Of a stretch of DNA of 64,000 bases, positions 12,417 through 20,531 are shown in pieces. The stretch is from the NCBI GenBank assembly GCA_963817725.1, contig CAWFPD010000010.1:413104-477103 (forward strand), given 5' to 3'. The position numbers and the translations under genes were made by a program. Under the pieces are notes generated by a model. The model searched no databases, was not told the origin of the DNA, and saw only the letters and a list, made by a program, of their open reading frames with translations. The DNA is from an uncultured delta proteobacterium (GTDB lineage: Bacteria > Myxococcota_A > Polyangia > Polyangiales > Houyiibacteriaceae). The first letter of the stretch is position 1. Each line of letters begins with the position of its first letter.

Positions 12417-13217
12417 ATGACTGAGCCCCATTTCCTCTACGAAAAACGTGGCCACCTGGCGATTTGCACGTTCAACCGCCCAGAAAAGAAGAATGCGTTG
12501 AGCATCGAGATGCTGGTGCGGATGGCCGACGCCTGGGATGAGGCTGACGGCGACCACGACGTGCGCGCCATCATCCTCACGGGGGCTAGCGGGGTGTTTT
12601 GTGCCGGCAGCGATCTCGGTGCGATGAAGTCGGGTCAGTGGGACGCCGGCGATCAGTGGCTTCAGCGTATGAAGCAAGACCCCGAGCTTCACTGGAAAGC
12701 GCTGCTGCTCCGTTACCTCACCAAGAAACCCCTCATTGCGGCTGTAGAAGGGTACGCGCTGGCGGGAGGAACCGAGATCCTTCAGGGGACCGACATTCGG
12801 GTCGCGGGACAAGGGGCCGTCTTCGGCGTCACGGAGGTGCAGCTCGGTCTGTTTCCATTGGGCGGCTCCAGCGTTCGGCTTCGCCGGCAGATCCCCTACA
12901 CCATCGCGGCGGAAATGCTTCTGGCGGGCAGGAGGCTGAACGCCCAAGAGGCGCTTCACTACGGCCTGATCGGGCACGTTACTCCGGAGGGGCAAGCCCT
13001 CGACAAGGCGATCGAGATCGGAGAGCAGATCGCAGCCAACGGCCCCGTCGCCGTACAGGCGGTCAAGCACTCGCTCGTCGAAACCGACGGTGTGCCGGCC
13101 AAAGAAGCGGTCACTCGCTCGTTGGAGATCGGACAACCCGTATTCAGGACGAAGGACGCCATCGAGGGCCCGACCGCCTTCATGGAAAAGCGAAAGCCGA
13201 ACTTTCAGGGCGCTTGA
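12417..13217 (+). CDS. Enoyl-CoA hydratase/isomerase (crotonase) family protein
   Basis: 266 aa with crotonase-fold motifs ([31 protein letters not shown]). Confidence 0.85.
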   Translation: MTEPHFLYEKRGHLAICTFNRPEKKNALSIEMLVRMADAWDEADGDHDVRAIILTGASGVFCAGSDLGAMKSGQWDAGDQWLQRMKQDPELHWKALLLRYLTKKPLIAAVEGYALAGGTEILQGTDIRVAGQGAVFGVTEVQLGLFPLGGSSVRLRRQIPYTIAAEMLLAGRRLNAQEALHYGLIGHVTPEGQALDKAIEIGEQIAANGPVAVQAVKHSLVETDGVPAKEAVTRSLEIGQPVFRTKDAIEGPTAFMEKRKPNFQGA

Positions 13218-13852
13218 TGACGCGTGCGGAACCGGCGCAGCGCAGCAGCGGAACCCGAGAGGTCATACTCGAAGCCGCGGAGCGTCTGTTCGCCGAGCGT
13301 GGGTTTGCGGCCACGAGCGTGCGCGACATCGTTCGTGACGCCGGGACCTCCGCACCGAGCCTCTACCACTTCTTCGGGAGCAAGGAAAATCTGGTCGTCG
13401 AGCTCGTGGCGGATCGGCACGCAGCGTATTGCAGCGCTCTCGAGGCCGACCTCGAGCTGGCCGACACGGTCTTCGACGTTTGCCAGCGGTTCGTCCGATT
13501 CGTGCTCACCAACATGAGCAAAAGACCAAACACCGCGAAATTCATCTTGGGTGTGATGTTCGGGCCTCAGCAAGACGTACCGGAAAAGGCAGTGGGTGAA
13601 ACGATGGTTCGTTCCCAGGAGATCTTGCAGTGGCGGATGCGAGAGGTGTCGACCGGAATCTCCGAGGCTCGCCTCGTCTTTGCGCGTATGATGCTCGTGG
13701 GCATGGTCACGCCCGCCGTATTGATGTTTCTCACCTCGGGCGTACAAACCTTTTCGCCGAAGCTGCCAGCTTGTATCGCCCATCGAGTCGTCGACATGCT
13801 GGCCGACTCCCATCCCATCTGCGCTTGGCCGACGGTGAGCCTGAGTTCATGA
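13217..13852 (+). CDS. TetR/AcrR family transcriptional regulator
   Basis: The start MTRAEP overlaps the upstream stop (TGATG). The HTH region is REVILEAAERLFAERGFAATSVRDIVRDAGTSAPSLYHFFGSKENL. The longer 417-aa ORF in the track is an upstream read-through. Confidence 0.85.
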   Translation: MTRAEPAQRSSGTREVILEAAERLFAERGFAATSVRDIVRDAGTSAPSLYHFFGSKENLVVELVADRHAAYCSALEADLELADTVFDVCQRFVRFVLTNMSKRPNTAKFILGVMFGPQQDVPEKAVGETMVRSQEILQWRMREVSTGISEARLVFARMMLVGMVTPAVLMFLTSGVQTFSPKLPACIAHRVVDMLADSHPICAWPTVSLSS

Positions 13853-13856
13853 GGAG

Positions 13857-14780
13857 ATGATGGCCTCGCCTGTATCGGAACCGGTGTTTGTTCGATTCGA
13901 GCTGCCCAATGGCATGTCGATTGCGGCCGAAGCGCAAGGCGATCCGGACAGCCAGCCGGTGCTCTTCTTGCACGGGGGCGGCCAAACACGGCATGCCTGG
14001 GGAGGAAGCGCAGAGGCCCTGGCCAAAGCGGGATTCTACGCGATCTGCATGGACCACCGCGGCCACGGACAGAGCGGGTGGGCCGTCCACGATCAATACA
14101 AGCTCGACCATTTCGTCGAGGACCTGAGGGGCGTCCTCGCGCAATTGCACGAAAAGCCCATCTTGGTGGGCGCGTCACTAGGTGGAATCACGGCGCTTCT
14201 TGCCGAGACTGGCCAACGCGAATCGATCGCCAAAGCCGTGATTCTGGTGGACGTGACGCCGCGCTTGGAGACCGAAGGCGTCGACCGGATCATCGCATTC
14301 ATGAGAGGCGGCACCGAAGGGTTTGCATCGCTCGAAGAAGCGGCAGACTCGATCGCTCGATACCTACCGCACAGGGAGCGCCCGAAAGACCTGTCGGGCC
14401 TGGCCAAGAACCTTCGCCTGATGGACGATGGCCGCTACTACTGGCACTGGGATCCCGCGATGCTGAGAACTTGGGAAAGGGACAAGTACACCGAGGACGA
14501 TGATCTCGAGCTCAAGGAACGTCTCTCCAAGGTCCGAAATCTCAGTATTCCTACCTTGTTGATCCGCGGGCGCTTGAGCGACATCGTCTCCGCGGACACT
14601 GCGACCGAATTCCTCCAAATGGTGCCGCATGCGGAGTACGTGGACCTCGCAGATGCCCATCACATGGTCGCGGGCGACCGAAACGATGCATTCACCGACG
14701 CGATCCTTCAATTCCTGTTGAAACATTTTGCGCCGGCGCTGCACGCGGACGAAGACCGATCAAAAAGGATTTCTCAATGA
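13857..14780 (+). CDS. Alpha/beta-fold hydrolase
   Basis: 307 aa with HGGGQTRHAW, the nucleophile elbow GASLGG and a C-terminal DAHHM histidine motif. Confidence 0.8.
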   Translation: MMASPVSEPVFVRFELPNGMSIAAEAQGDPDSQPVLFLHGGGQTRHAWGGSAEALAKAGFYAICMDHRGHGQSGWAVHDQYKLDHFVEDLRGVLAQLHEKPILVGASLGGITALLAETGQRESIAKAVILVDVTPRLETEGVDRIIAFMRGGTEGFASLEEAADSIARYLPHRERPKDLSGLAKNLRLMDDGRYYWHWDPAMLRTWERDKYTEDDDLELKERLSKVRNLSIPTLLIRGRLSDIVSADTATEFLQMVPHAEYVDLADAHHMVAGDRNDAFTDAILQFLLKHFAPALHADEDRSKRISQ

Positions 14781-16357
14781 ATCATCCGAGACTTTTCGAC
14801 ATGCCCTTGCTGCCCCATCTGATCATCGACGGGCTCAACCGCTATGACGACCGGCCCTTTTTGTTTCTCGGCGACCAGACGATTACGTATGCTCAGGTGC
14901 GTTCGCATGCGAGCTGCTTTGCGCAAGCTCTCGAATCGAAGGGCGTCCTCAAGGGCTCGCGAACGGCCGTCCTGTCGGCGAACCGACCTGAAGTTCTCTA
15001 CAACCTGTGCGCCAACATGTTGATCGGATCGTGCAACACCCCGCTCCATCCGCTCGGTTCCGCAAACGACCAGGCATACGTCCTGCAAGACGCCAAGATC
15101 GAGACGCTCGTATACGACCCTACCGTTTTCGAGGCGCGGGCCGCCGAGCTCAAAGCGAAGGTGCCGGGTTTGAAGAACCTGCTCGGCTTTGGAACCACGA
15201 AGGCCGGCGAAGATCTGAATGCGCTCGCGGCGACTTTCGAGCCCAAGCCACTGGTCGCACCGGACATCGGGGCGAACGACCTCAACACGATCGTCTACAC
15301 CGGGGGCACCACGGGCCGGCCCAAAGGCGTGCGCCAACCGTATCGCTCCGCGGCGTACATGACGATGATTCAAATGGCCGAGTGGGAATGGCCCAAGGAA
15401 ATGCGGTTTCTCATCGCGACCCCGCTGTCGCATGCCGCCGCAGCGTTCGTGGTGCCGACGCTGCAGGCCGGAGGAGCCTTCGTGGCGCTGCAGGGCTTCA
15501 CGCCGGACTTGTTCTTTGACGCCATCGAAAAGCACCAGATCACGGCGACCTTTCTGGTGCCGGTCATGATCTATCCGCTCCTCGATCATCCGCGGGCCAG
15601 CACGGCCGACCTCGCGAGCCTAGAGACGCTGTTCTACGGCGCAGCGCCCATGAGCCCCACCCGACTCCGCGAGGGCGTCGAGAAATGGGGCCCCATTTTC
15701 TTTCAGTGCTTTGGGCAATCGGAGGCGCCGATGGCGCTGACACACCTGAAGAAAGAAGAGCACGACTTGTCGAAACCGGAACGGTTTGCATCGTGTGGTC
15801 GCCCGAGCCCATGGGTGCACCTGGCGTTGCTCGGTGAAGACAATCGGCCGGTCGCGGAAGGAGAAGCCGGGGAGATTTGCGTCCGCGCACCGTTGGTGAT
15901 GGAGGGCTACAACGGGCTTCCCGCCGAGACGGAGGAAGCGTTCGCGGGTGGGTGGCTCCATACCGGCGACGTGGGCCGCTTCGACAGCGAGGGATACCTC
16001 TACATCGTGGATAGGAAGAAGGACATGATCGTCACGGGTGGCTTCAACGTCTTTCCACGAGAGATCGAAGATGCGATCTCCGCGCATCCCGCCGTGGCCC
16101 AGGTGGCCGTCATCGGAGTTCCCGATGAGCGATGGGGGGAGGCAGTCAAGGCGGTCGTCATCGTTCGCCAGGGGCATGAGGGAAGCGATGCCCTCGCAGC
16201 CGAGCTCATCGCGGCCGTCAAAGATGCCAAGGGGTCCGTACAGGCCCCGAAATCGATCGATTTCGTCTCCTCAATCCCTCTCTCGCCGCTCGGCAAGCCG
16301 GACAAAAAGACGCTTCGCAAACAGTATTGGGGCGAGCAGACTCGCGGAGTGAACTGA
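14777..16357 (+). CDS. AMP-dependent acyl-CoA synthetase/ligase
   Basis: 526 aa with the AMP-binding motifs YTGGTTGRPKGV, GWLHTGDVG and the C-terminal PLSPLGKPDKK. The ATGA start overlaps the upstream gene. Confidence 0.88.
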   Translation: MNHPRLFDMPLLPHLIIDGLNRYDDRPFLFLGDQTITYAQVRSHASCFAQALESKGVLKGSRTAVLSANRPEVLYNLCANMLIGSCNTPLHPLGSANDQAYVLQDAKIETLVYDPTVFEARAAELKAKVPGLKNLLGFGTTKAGEDLNALAATFEPKPLVAPDIGANDLNTIVYTGGTTGRPKGVRQPYRSAAYMTMIQMAEWEWPKEMRFLIATPLSHAAAAFVVPTLQAGGAFVALQGFTPDLFFDAIEKHQITATFLVPVMIYPLLDHPRASTADLASLETLFYGAAPMSPTRLREGVEKWGPIFFQCFGQSEAPMALTHLKKEEHDLSKPERFASCGRPSPWVHLALLGEDNRPVAEGEAGEICVRAPLVMEGYNGLPAETEEAFAGGWLHTGDVGRFDSEGYLYIVDRKKDMIVTGGFNVFPREIEDAISAHPAVAQVAVIGVPDERWGEAVKAVVIVRQGHEGSDALAAELIAAVKDAKGSVQAPKSIDFVSSIPLSPLGKPDKKTLRKQYWGEQTRGVN

Positions 16358-16358
16358 C

Positions 16359-17189
16359 ATGGAAAAGAGAACGGCGCTCGTCACCGGCGCGGGAGGAGGG
16401 CTAGGCCACGCAACCGCCGAGCGTCTTCTGATGAACGGGTGGAAGGTGTTCGTGGCCGACGTCAACCGCGATCTGCTTCGGACCTCGACCCACGACCCCG
16501 ACGCCGTGCCCATCGTCATGGACGTAACCGACAGCGAAAGCATCCAAAGCGCCTACGATGCCATCGCTGGTCAGACGGATCACTTGGACGGCGTGGTCAA
16601 TTTTGCAGGCATCTTGGGCGTCGGATCCCTGACCGACATTCCCGAAGAACGCCTCGCACGCATTCTCGACGTGAACGTCATGGGCACCTATCGGGTCAAC
16701 AAGCAGTTTTTGCCGATGGTCGAGGCAGCACGGGGTCGCATCGTCAACATCAGCTCCGAAACCGGATGGCAGAGCGCTGCGCCCTTCAACGGCCCTTATG
16801 CCATGAGCAAGCACGCGATCGAGGCCTACTCCACCGCGCTTCGACGGGAGCTGGCCCTCCTGGGGATCAAGGTGATCACGATTCAACCAGGACCCTTTCG
16901 TACCGGCATGGTCGAAGGCATCGAACGAGCATTCACCCAAGCGGAAGCCGAGACGACGAGATTCGCGCAGGTCATTCGCAAGCTCAAGACGTTAGCGGCC
17001 AAACAAATCAACTCCGCGCATGACCCGGGAATCGTAGCCGAAATCGTGGAGAGGGCGCTGACCGTGACCCGGCCCAAACCCGTGTATTCGGTGAAACCCG
17101 ATCCGTTGCGGTCGTCGCTCGAGCACCTACCACGACGTGCGGTCGATCATGTGTACGTCACGGTTCTCCGGCGCGCGAACAAGGGGTGA
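16359..17189 (+). CDS. Short-chain dehydrogenase/reductase (SDR)
   Basis: 276 aa with TGAGGGLG cofactor-binding and YAMSKHA catalytic motifs. Confidence 0.85.
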   Translation: MEKRTALVTGAGGGLGHATAERLLMNGWKVFVADVNRDLLRTSTHDPDAVPIVMDVTDSESIQSAYDAIAGQTDHLDGVVNFAGILGVGSLTDIPEERLARILDVNVMGTYRVNKQFLPMVEAARGRIVNISSETGWQSAAPFNGPYAMSKHAIEAYSTALRRELALLGIKVITIQPGPFRTGMVEGIERAFTQAEAETTRFAQVIRKLKTLAAKQINSAHDPGIVAEIVERALTVTRPKPVYSVKPDPLRSSLEHLPRRAVDHVYVTVLRRANKG

Positions 17190-17195
17190 GCTGAC

Positions 17196-17696
17196 ATGAG
17201 CGGCGACATGGTGAACATCAAACCCAAGCCCGAAGGGCTGGACAAGCCGTATGTGAGCAAGATCATCCGTCTCATGTCCAAGGTCAACGTCGCTGTATAC
17301 CGATGGACGGGCGGGCTATTGGGCTCGAAGTGGAGAGTCGGAAGCGCATTTCCGTGGGGCATACCCATTCTGCTTCTGACCACGATCGGGCGAAAAAGCG
17401 GTCAGCCTCGGACCGCACCGCTGCTATTCATCGAAAACGGCGAGCGCATCATCGTCGTTGCGTCGCAGGGCGGGCTTCCCAAGGACCCTCTCTGGTACGA
17501 AAACCTTCGAGCCAATCCGGACTGCGAAGTCCAGATCAAGCGCCGGAAAATCGAGATGCGGGCACGCACGGCGTCCGCTGAGGAGCGGGACCGCCTTTGG
17601 CCCAAGCTCGTGGCGCACTATCCGGATTTCGCCAGTTACGAGACTTGGACCGACCGGATCATCCCCGTGGTCATCCTCGAGCCGATCGCTTCTTAG
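17196..17696 (+). CDS. Nitroreductase-family deazaflavin (F420)-dependent oxidoreductase-like protein (DUF385/Ddn family)
   Basis: 166 aa. The pattern NVAVYRWTGG…LLLTTIGRKSGQPRTAPL…VVASQGG.PKDPLWYENLRANP…LWPKLVAHYPDFASY is typical of the family. Confidence 0.75.
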   Translation: MSGDMVNIKPKPEGLDKPYVSKIIRLMSKVNVAVYRWTGGLLGSKWRVGSAFPWGIPILLLTTIGRKSGQPRTAPLLFIENGERIIVVASQGGLPKDPLWYENLRANPDCEVQIKRRKIEMRARTASAEERDRLWPKLVAHYPDFASYETWTDRIIPVVILEPIAS

Positions 17697-18001
17697 TCGT
17701 CGCAGATCTTGAGAGTGAGCCGGGTCGCCGGCGCATCCACGATCCGGATCTGGCAACTGAGGCGGACTTTGTCAGGCGTGTCGCCAAAGATTTCCAGAAC
17801 CTCGAGCTCGTCCTCGTCTGGAGGAGAAAGAGCTTGACCGCCCTCGACGACCTCGACTCGGCAGGTTCCGCAGGTCGCCGAGCGGCAGGAGTAAGGCACT
17901 TCGGCGGCGGGATTGGCATCGGTGATGTCCATGATGGTCTCACCAGGCCGGGCCTCCACTTCGAAACCTGCAGGCTCGAATCGCACTCGAATCGTAGTCA
18001 T
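17693..18001 (-). CDS. Plant-type [2Fe-2S] ferredoxin
   Basis: 102 aa with the cluster ligands C-RSAT-C-GT-C…C (YSCRSATCGTCRVEV…RLSCQ). The start overlaps the P450 stop (ATGA). Confidence 0.88.
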   Translation of the reverse strand: MTTIRVRFEPAGFEVEARPGETIMDITDANPAAEVPYSCRSATCGTCRVEVVEGGQALSPPDEDELEVLEIFGDTPDKVRLSCQIRIVDAPATRLTLKICDD

Positions 18002-19224
18002 GCCGTGATGTGGATTGGAATCTTCGTAAACCCGCGGGTAAATGCGGAGTGCCGACGATGCGCGTTGTCCCAGTCGATCTGCAGGCGCTCGCCTATGCGC
18101 GCGCCCATCTCTTCGAAGTAGATGCGCACCATCAGGCGCGCCACGTGCGCCCCGATGCAGAAGTGAGGGCCTTGGGCGAAGGATAGGTGCCGGTCTACCT
18201 CACGATGGATGTCGAGCTCGTCCGCATCGTCGCCCCAATGGCGCGGATCGCGATTGCCTGAGGCGTAGAGATTGTGGACCTTGCTCCCGGACGGGATCGT
18301 GGTCCCCTGGAGCTCGACGCTCTCGGTCGTGGTGCGCGACAACCCCTGCACCACCGAGTCGATGCGAAGGAGCTCTTCGATCGCGTTGGGGATGGTCGAA
18401 GGGTCTTCCATCATCTCACGCCGCTGATCGGGGTAGTCCTCGAGCCATCTCATCGAATTGCCGATCAGGTTCGTCGTGGTGTCGTTTCCGCCGGCGATCA
18501 TCACGAAGCAGAATCCGAGAATGTCCCAATCGCTCAATCGATCGCCATCGATTTGGGCCTGCGTGAGCTTGCTGATCATATCGTCGGTGGGCTCGGAACG
18601 CCGCGCTCGGCACATCGCTCCGAAGTACTCGACCAGTCCCTGCACGGCGCCTATTGCTTGCTGCAAATCCAAATCGAAATCCGCCGAAGCCGAGGTGATC
18701 GCATCGGACCACGGGTCGAATCTTTCGCGATCCTCGGGAGGCACCCCCAGCAGATTGGCCACAACCATCGTGGGGAGCGGCGAGGCGATGGATTCGATGA
18801 GATCGACCGGCTCCCCGTCTGCCACCTTGCGCTTCATGCTCTCCACGTGTTCGACGACGAACTGGCGAATCGTCGGCTCGAGCGCCTTGACCGTCTCCGG
18901 CGTGAACGCTTTCGTGATCAATCGGCGCAATCGCGTATGGTCCGGCGGGTCCATCATGATGAAGGTCGGCGGAAGGCCGAGTTGGCTGATCTCGTCCTTG
19001 GCAGGCGTGAGCCCTTGCGCTGAGGAAAAGAGCCGAGGCTTGCGGAGTGCGTGAAAGATATCGTCGTAGCGAGACAGAACGTAAAAGTCCATCCGCTGGT
19101 TGTAATAGACGGGGTGGTCGTTTCGGAGCCGTTCATAGAACGGATAAGGATCGGCGATCACGTCGGGGTCGAACGGATCGTAGACCGGGTCGTACATCGA
19201 TCCGAGCGTTGGCGAGAGCGCCAT
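17998..19224 (-). CDS. Cytochrome P450 (class I, ferredoxin-dependent type)
   Basis: The start is taken at MALSPTLGSMYDP, giving 408 aa. It has the I-helix IAGGNDTT, ELLR (ExxR) and the heme loop FAQGPHFCIGAHVAR. Only this part of the 774-aa track ORF is P450-like. Confidence 0.88.
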   Translation of the reverse strand: MALSPTLGSMYDPVYDPFDPDVIADPYPFYERLRNDHPVYYNQRMDFYVLSRYDDIFHALRKPRLFSSAQGLTPAKDEISQLGLPPTFIMMDPPDHTRLRRLITKAFTPETVKALEPTIRQFVVEHVESMKRKVADGEPVDLIESIASPLPTMVVANLLGVPPEDRERFDPWSDAITSASADFDLDLQQAIGAVQGLVEYFGAMCRARRSEPTDDMISKLTQAQIDGDRLSDWDILGFCFVMIAGGNDTTTNLIGNSMRWLEDYPDQRREMMEDPSTIPNAIEELLRIDSVVQGLSRTTTESVELQGTTIPSGSKVHNLYASGNRDPRHWGDDADELDIHREVDRHLSFAQGPHFCIGAHVARLMVRIYFEEMGARIGERLQIDWDNAHRRHSAFTRGFTKIPIHITA

Positions 19225-19229
19225 GCAGG

Positions 19230-20531
19230 TCAACCCGGGAAGCGACTTCCGTCGCGCGGCACTCTGGTGCTGATGCGGCGAACCAGCTCGGGCCAATGAA
19301 CCGTATCCAAGGCGACGAATGGTTTGCCCGAGTTCATGAATGCAACGGCCAAATCCCGTTCCGGGTCGGCCCACGCCAAGATGTTGCTCAAGCCCACATG
19401 GCCGAAGGCCTTGCCACACCAAGCCCCATAGAGACCCACTGGGTCCGTGCCCAGCATGAAACCCATCGAATAGGACATGGGCAAGAGGATCATGCGATCG
19501 ACCTGCCAGGAGGTCTGCGGCTCGATCGCCCGGCGCACCGTCGAAACCGAGAAAATTCGCTTGCCTCCCAAGGTGCCGCCTGAAAGCAGCAGCTCGAAAA
19601 AGCGGCAGATGTCGTCGGGCGATCCCATGAGATTGGCGGATGGAATCACCGCCGTGCGGAAGCGGGGATCGTTCGAAAGCTCGATCAACTTCTCGACGGA
19701 AACTCCAAGAGCCTTCTGAAAGATGTCCTTGAGCGGCCAGATCAGCTTCGGTCCGGTGCATGCGTCGATGGCAACCTCGCCGAGCCGCTCCGGAGGCACG
19801 CCATAGTTGAAGTGGTTCATGCCGAGGGGCTCTGCGATCTCTCGGTCGAGAAACTCTCTGATACCGACGCCGGCCACGCGCCGAATCAGCTCTGCAAAGA
19901 TGAAGCCGCTGGTGACTGCGTGATACGCGGGAACGGTCCCCGGTCGATAGGCGGGCTCGAGGTCGTAGATCATCTCCAAGATCCGTTCCGGTTCCCGCAA
20001 GAGGTCCAAATCGGCCACGCCCGGAGGCGCCGCCGGAATGCCCGCCCGGTGGGTGAGTAGATCCCGTATGGTGATTCGGTCCTTGCGTTTGCGCCCGAAC
20101 TCCGGAATGAACGTGCTCACCGGCTCGTCCACATGCAGCAAGTCTCGCTGGGCCAGCAGGTGGACGAGCATGGCTGTGACGGCCTTCGAGCCAGAAAAAA
20201 AGTTGAACAGCGTGCGAGGCGTGGCCGGCACCAGCGCGGCGCCCCGGGAATCGTTGGGAGCGTTTCCCCGGGCATGCCCGATGGTGCGATCGAGGATGAC
20301 CTCCCCGCGTCTTCGGATGCACAAACCCAGCGCAGGGTGAAAACCCGTTCTATAGAAGTTAACGACCTCGTCCCAAATCGCCTCGACGTCGTCAGAACGC
20401 AGCCCCACCGATTCTGGATGCACCTCCGGGATGCCGCGTGCCGTCACCTGCTCGGGGTCGAAGACGCGAACTCGCCTCGATGAAAGACCACGTAGTTGCC
20501 ATCGATGCGAGCCAGTCCGGGCACGTCTCAT
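19230..20531 (-). CDS. Beta-lactamase-fold serine hydrolase (class C/EstB-like esterase or acyltransferase family)
   Basis: 433 aa with the S-x-x-K motif in FFSGSKAVTAML, followed by LLTHRAGIP. The start overlaps the upstream P450 stop (ATGA). Confidence 0.8.
   Translation of the reverse strand: MRRARTGSHRWQLRGLSSRRVRVFDPEQVTARGIPEVHPESVGLRSDDVEAIWDEVVNFYRTGFHPALGLCIRRRGEVILDRTIGHARGNAPNDSRGAALVPATPRTLFNFFSGSKAVTAMLVHLLAQRDLLHVDEPVSTFIPEFGRKRKDRITIRDLLTHRAGIPAAPPGVADLDLLREPERILEMIYDLEPAYRPGTVPAYHAVTSGFIFAELIRRVAGVGIREFLDREIAEPLGMNHFNYGVPPERLGEVAIDACTGPKLIWPLKDIFQKALGVSVEKLIELSNDPRFRTAVIPSANLMGSPDDICRFFELLLSGGTLGGKRIFSVSTVRRAIEPQTSWQVDRMILLPMSYSMGFMLGTDPVGLYGAWCGKAFGHVGLSNILAWADPERDLAVAFMNSGKPFVALDTVHWPELVRRISTRVPRDGSRFPG

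Noticed and set aside
12599-13852. 417-aa ORF covering the crotonase gene in another frame and the TetR gene
   Set aside because: The real TetR starts at 13217 (MTRAEP…, overlapping the crotonase stop). The upstream 200 aa are an Arg-rich out-of-frame read-through.
17998-20322. 774-aa minus-strand ORF suggesting a giant fusion protein
   Set aside because: Only the C-terminal 408 aa (from MALSPTLG at 19224) are P450-like. The N-terminal part is an alternative-frame read-through of the serine-hydrolase gene and is low-complexity (R/G/H/P-rich).
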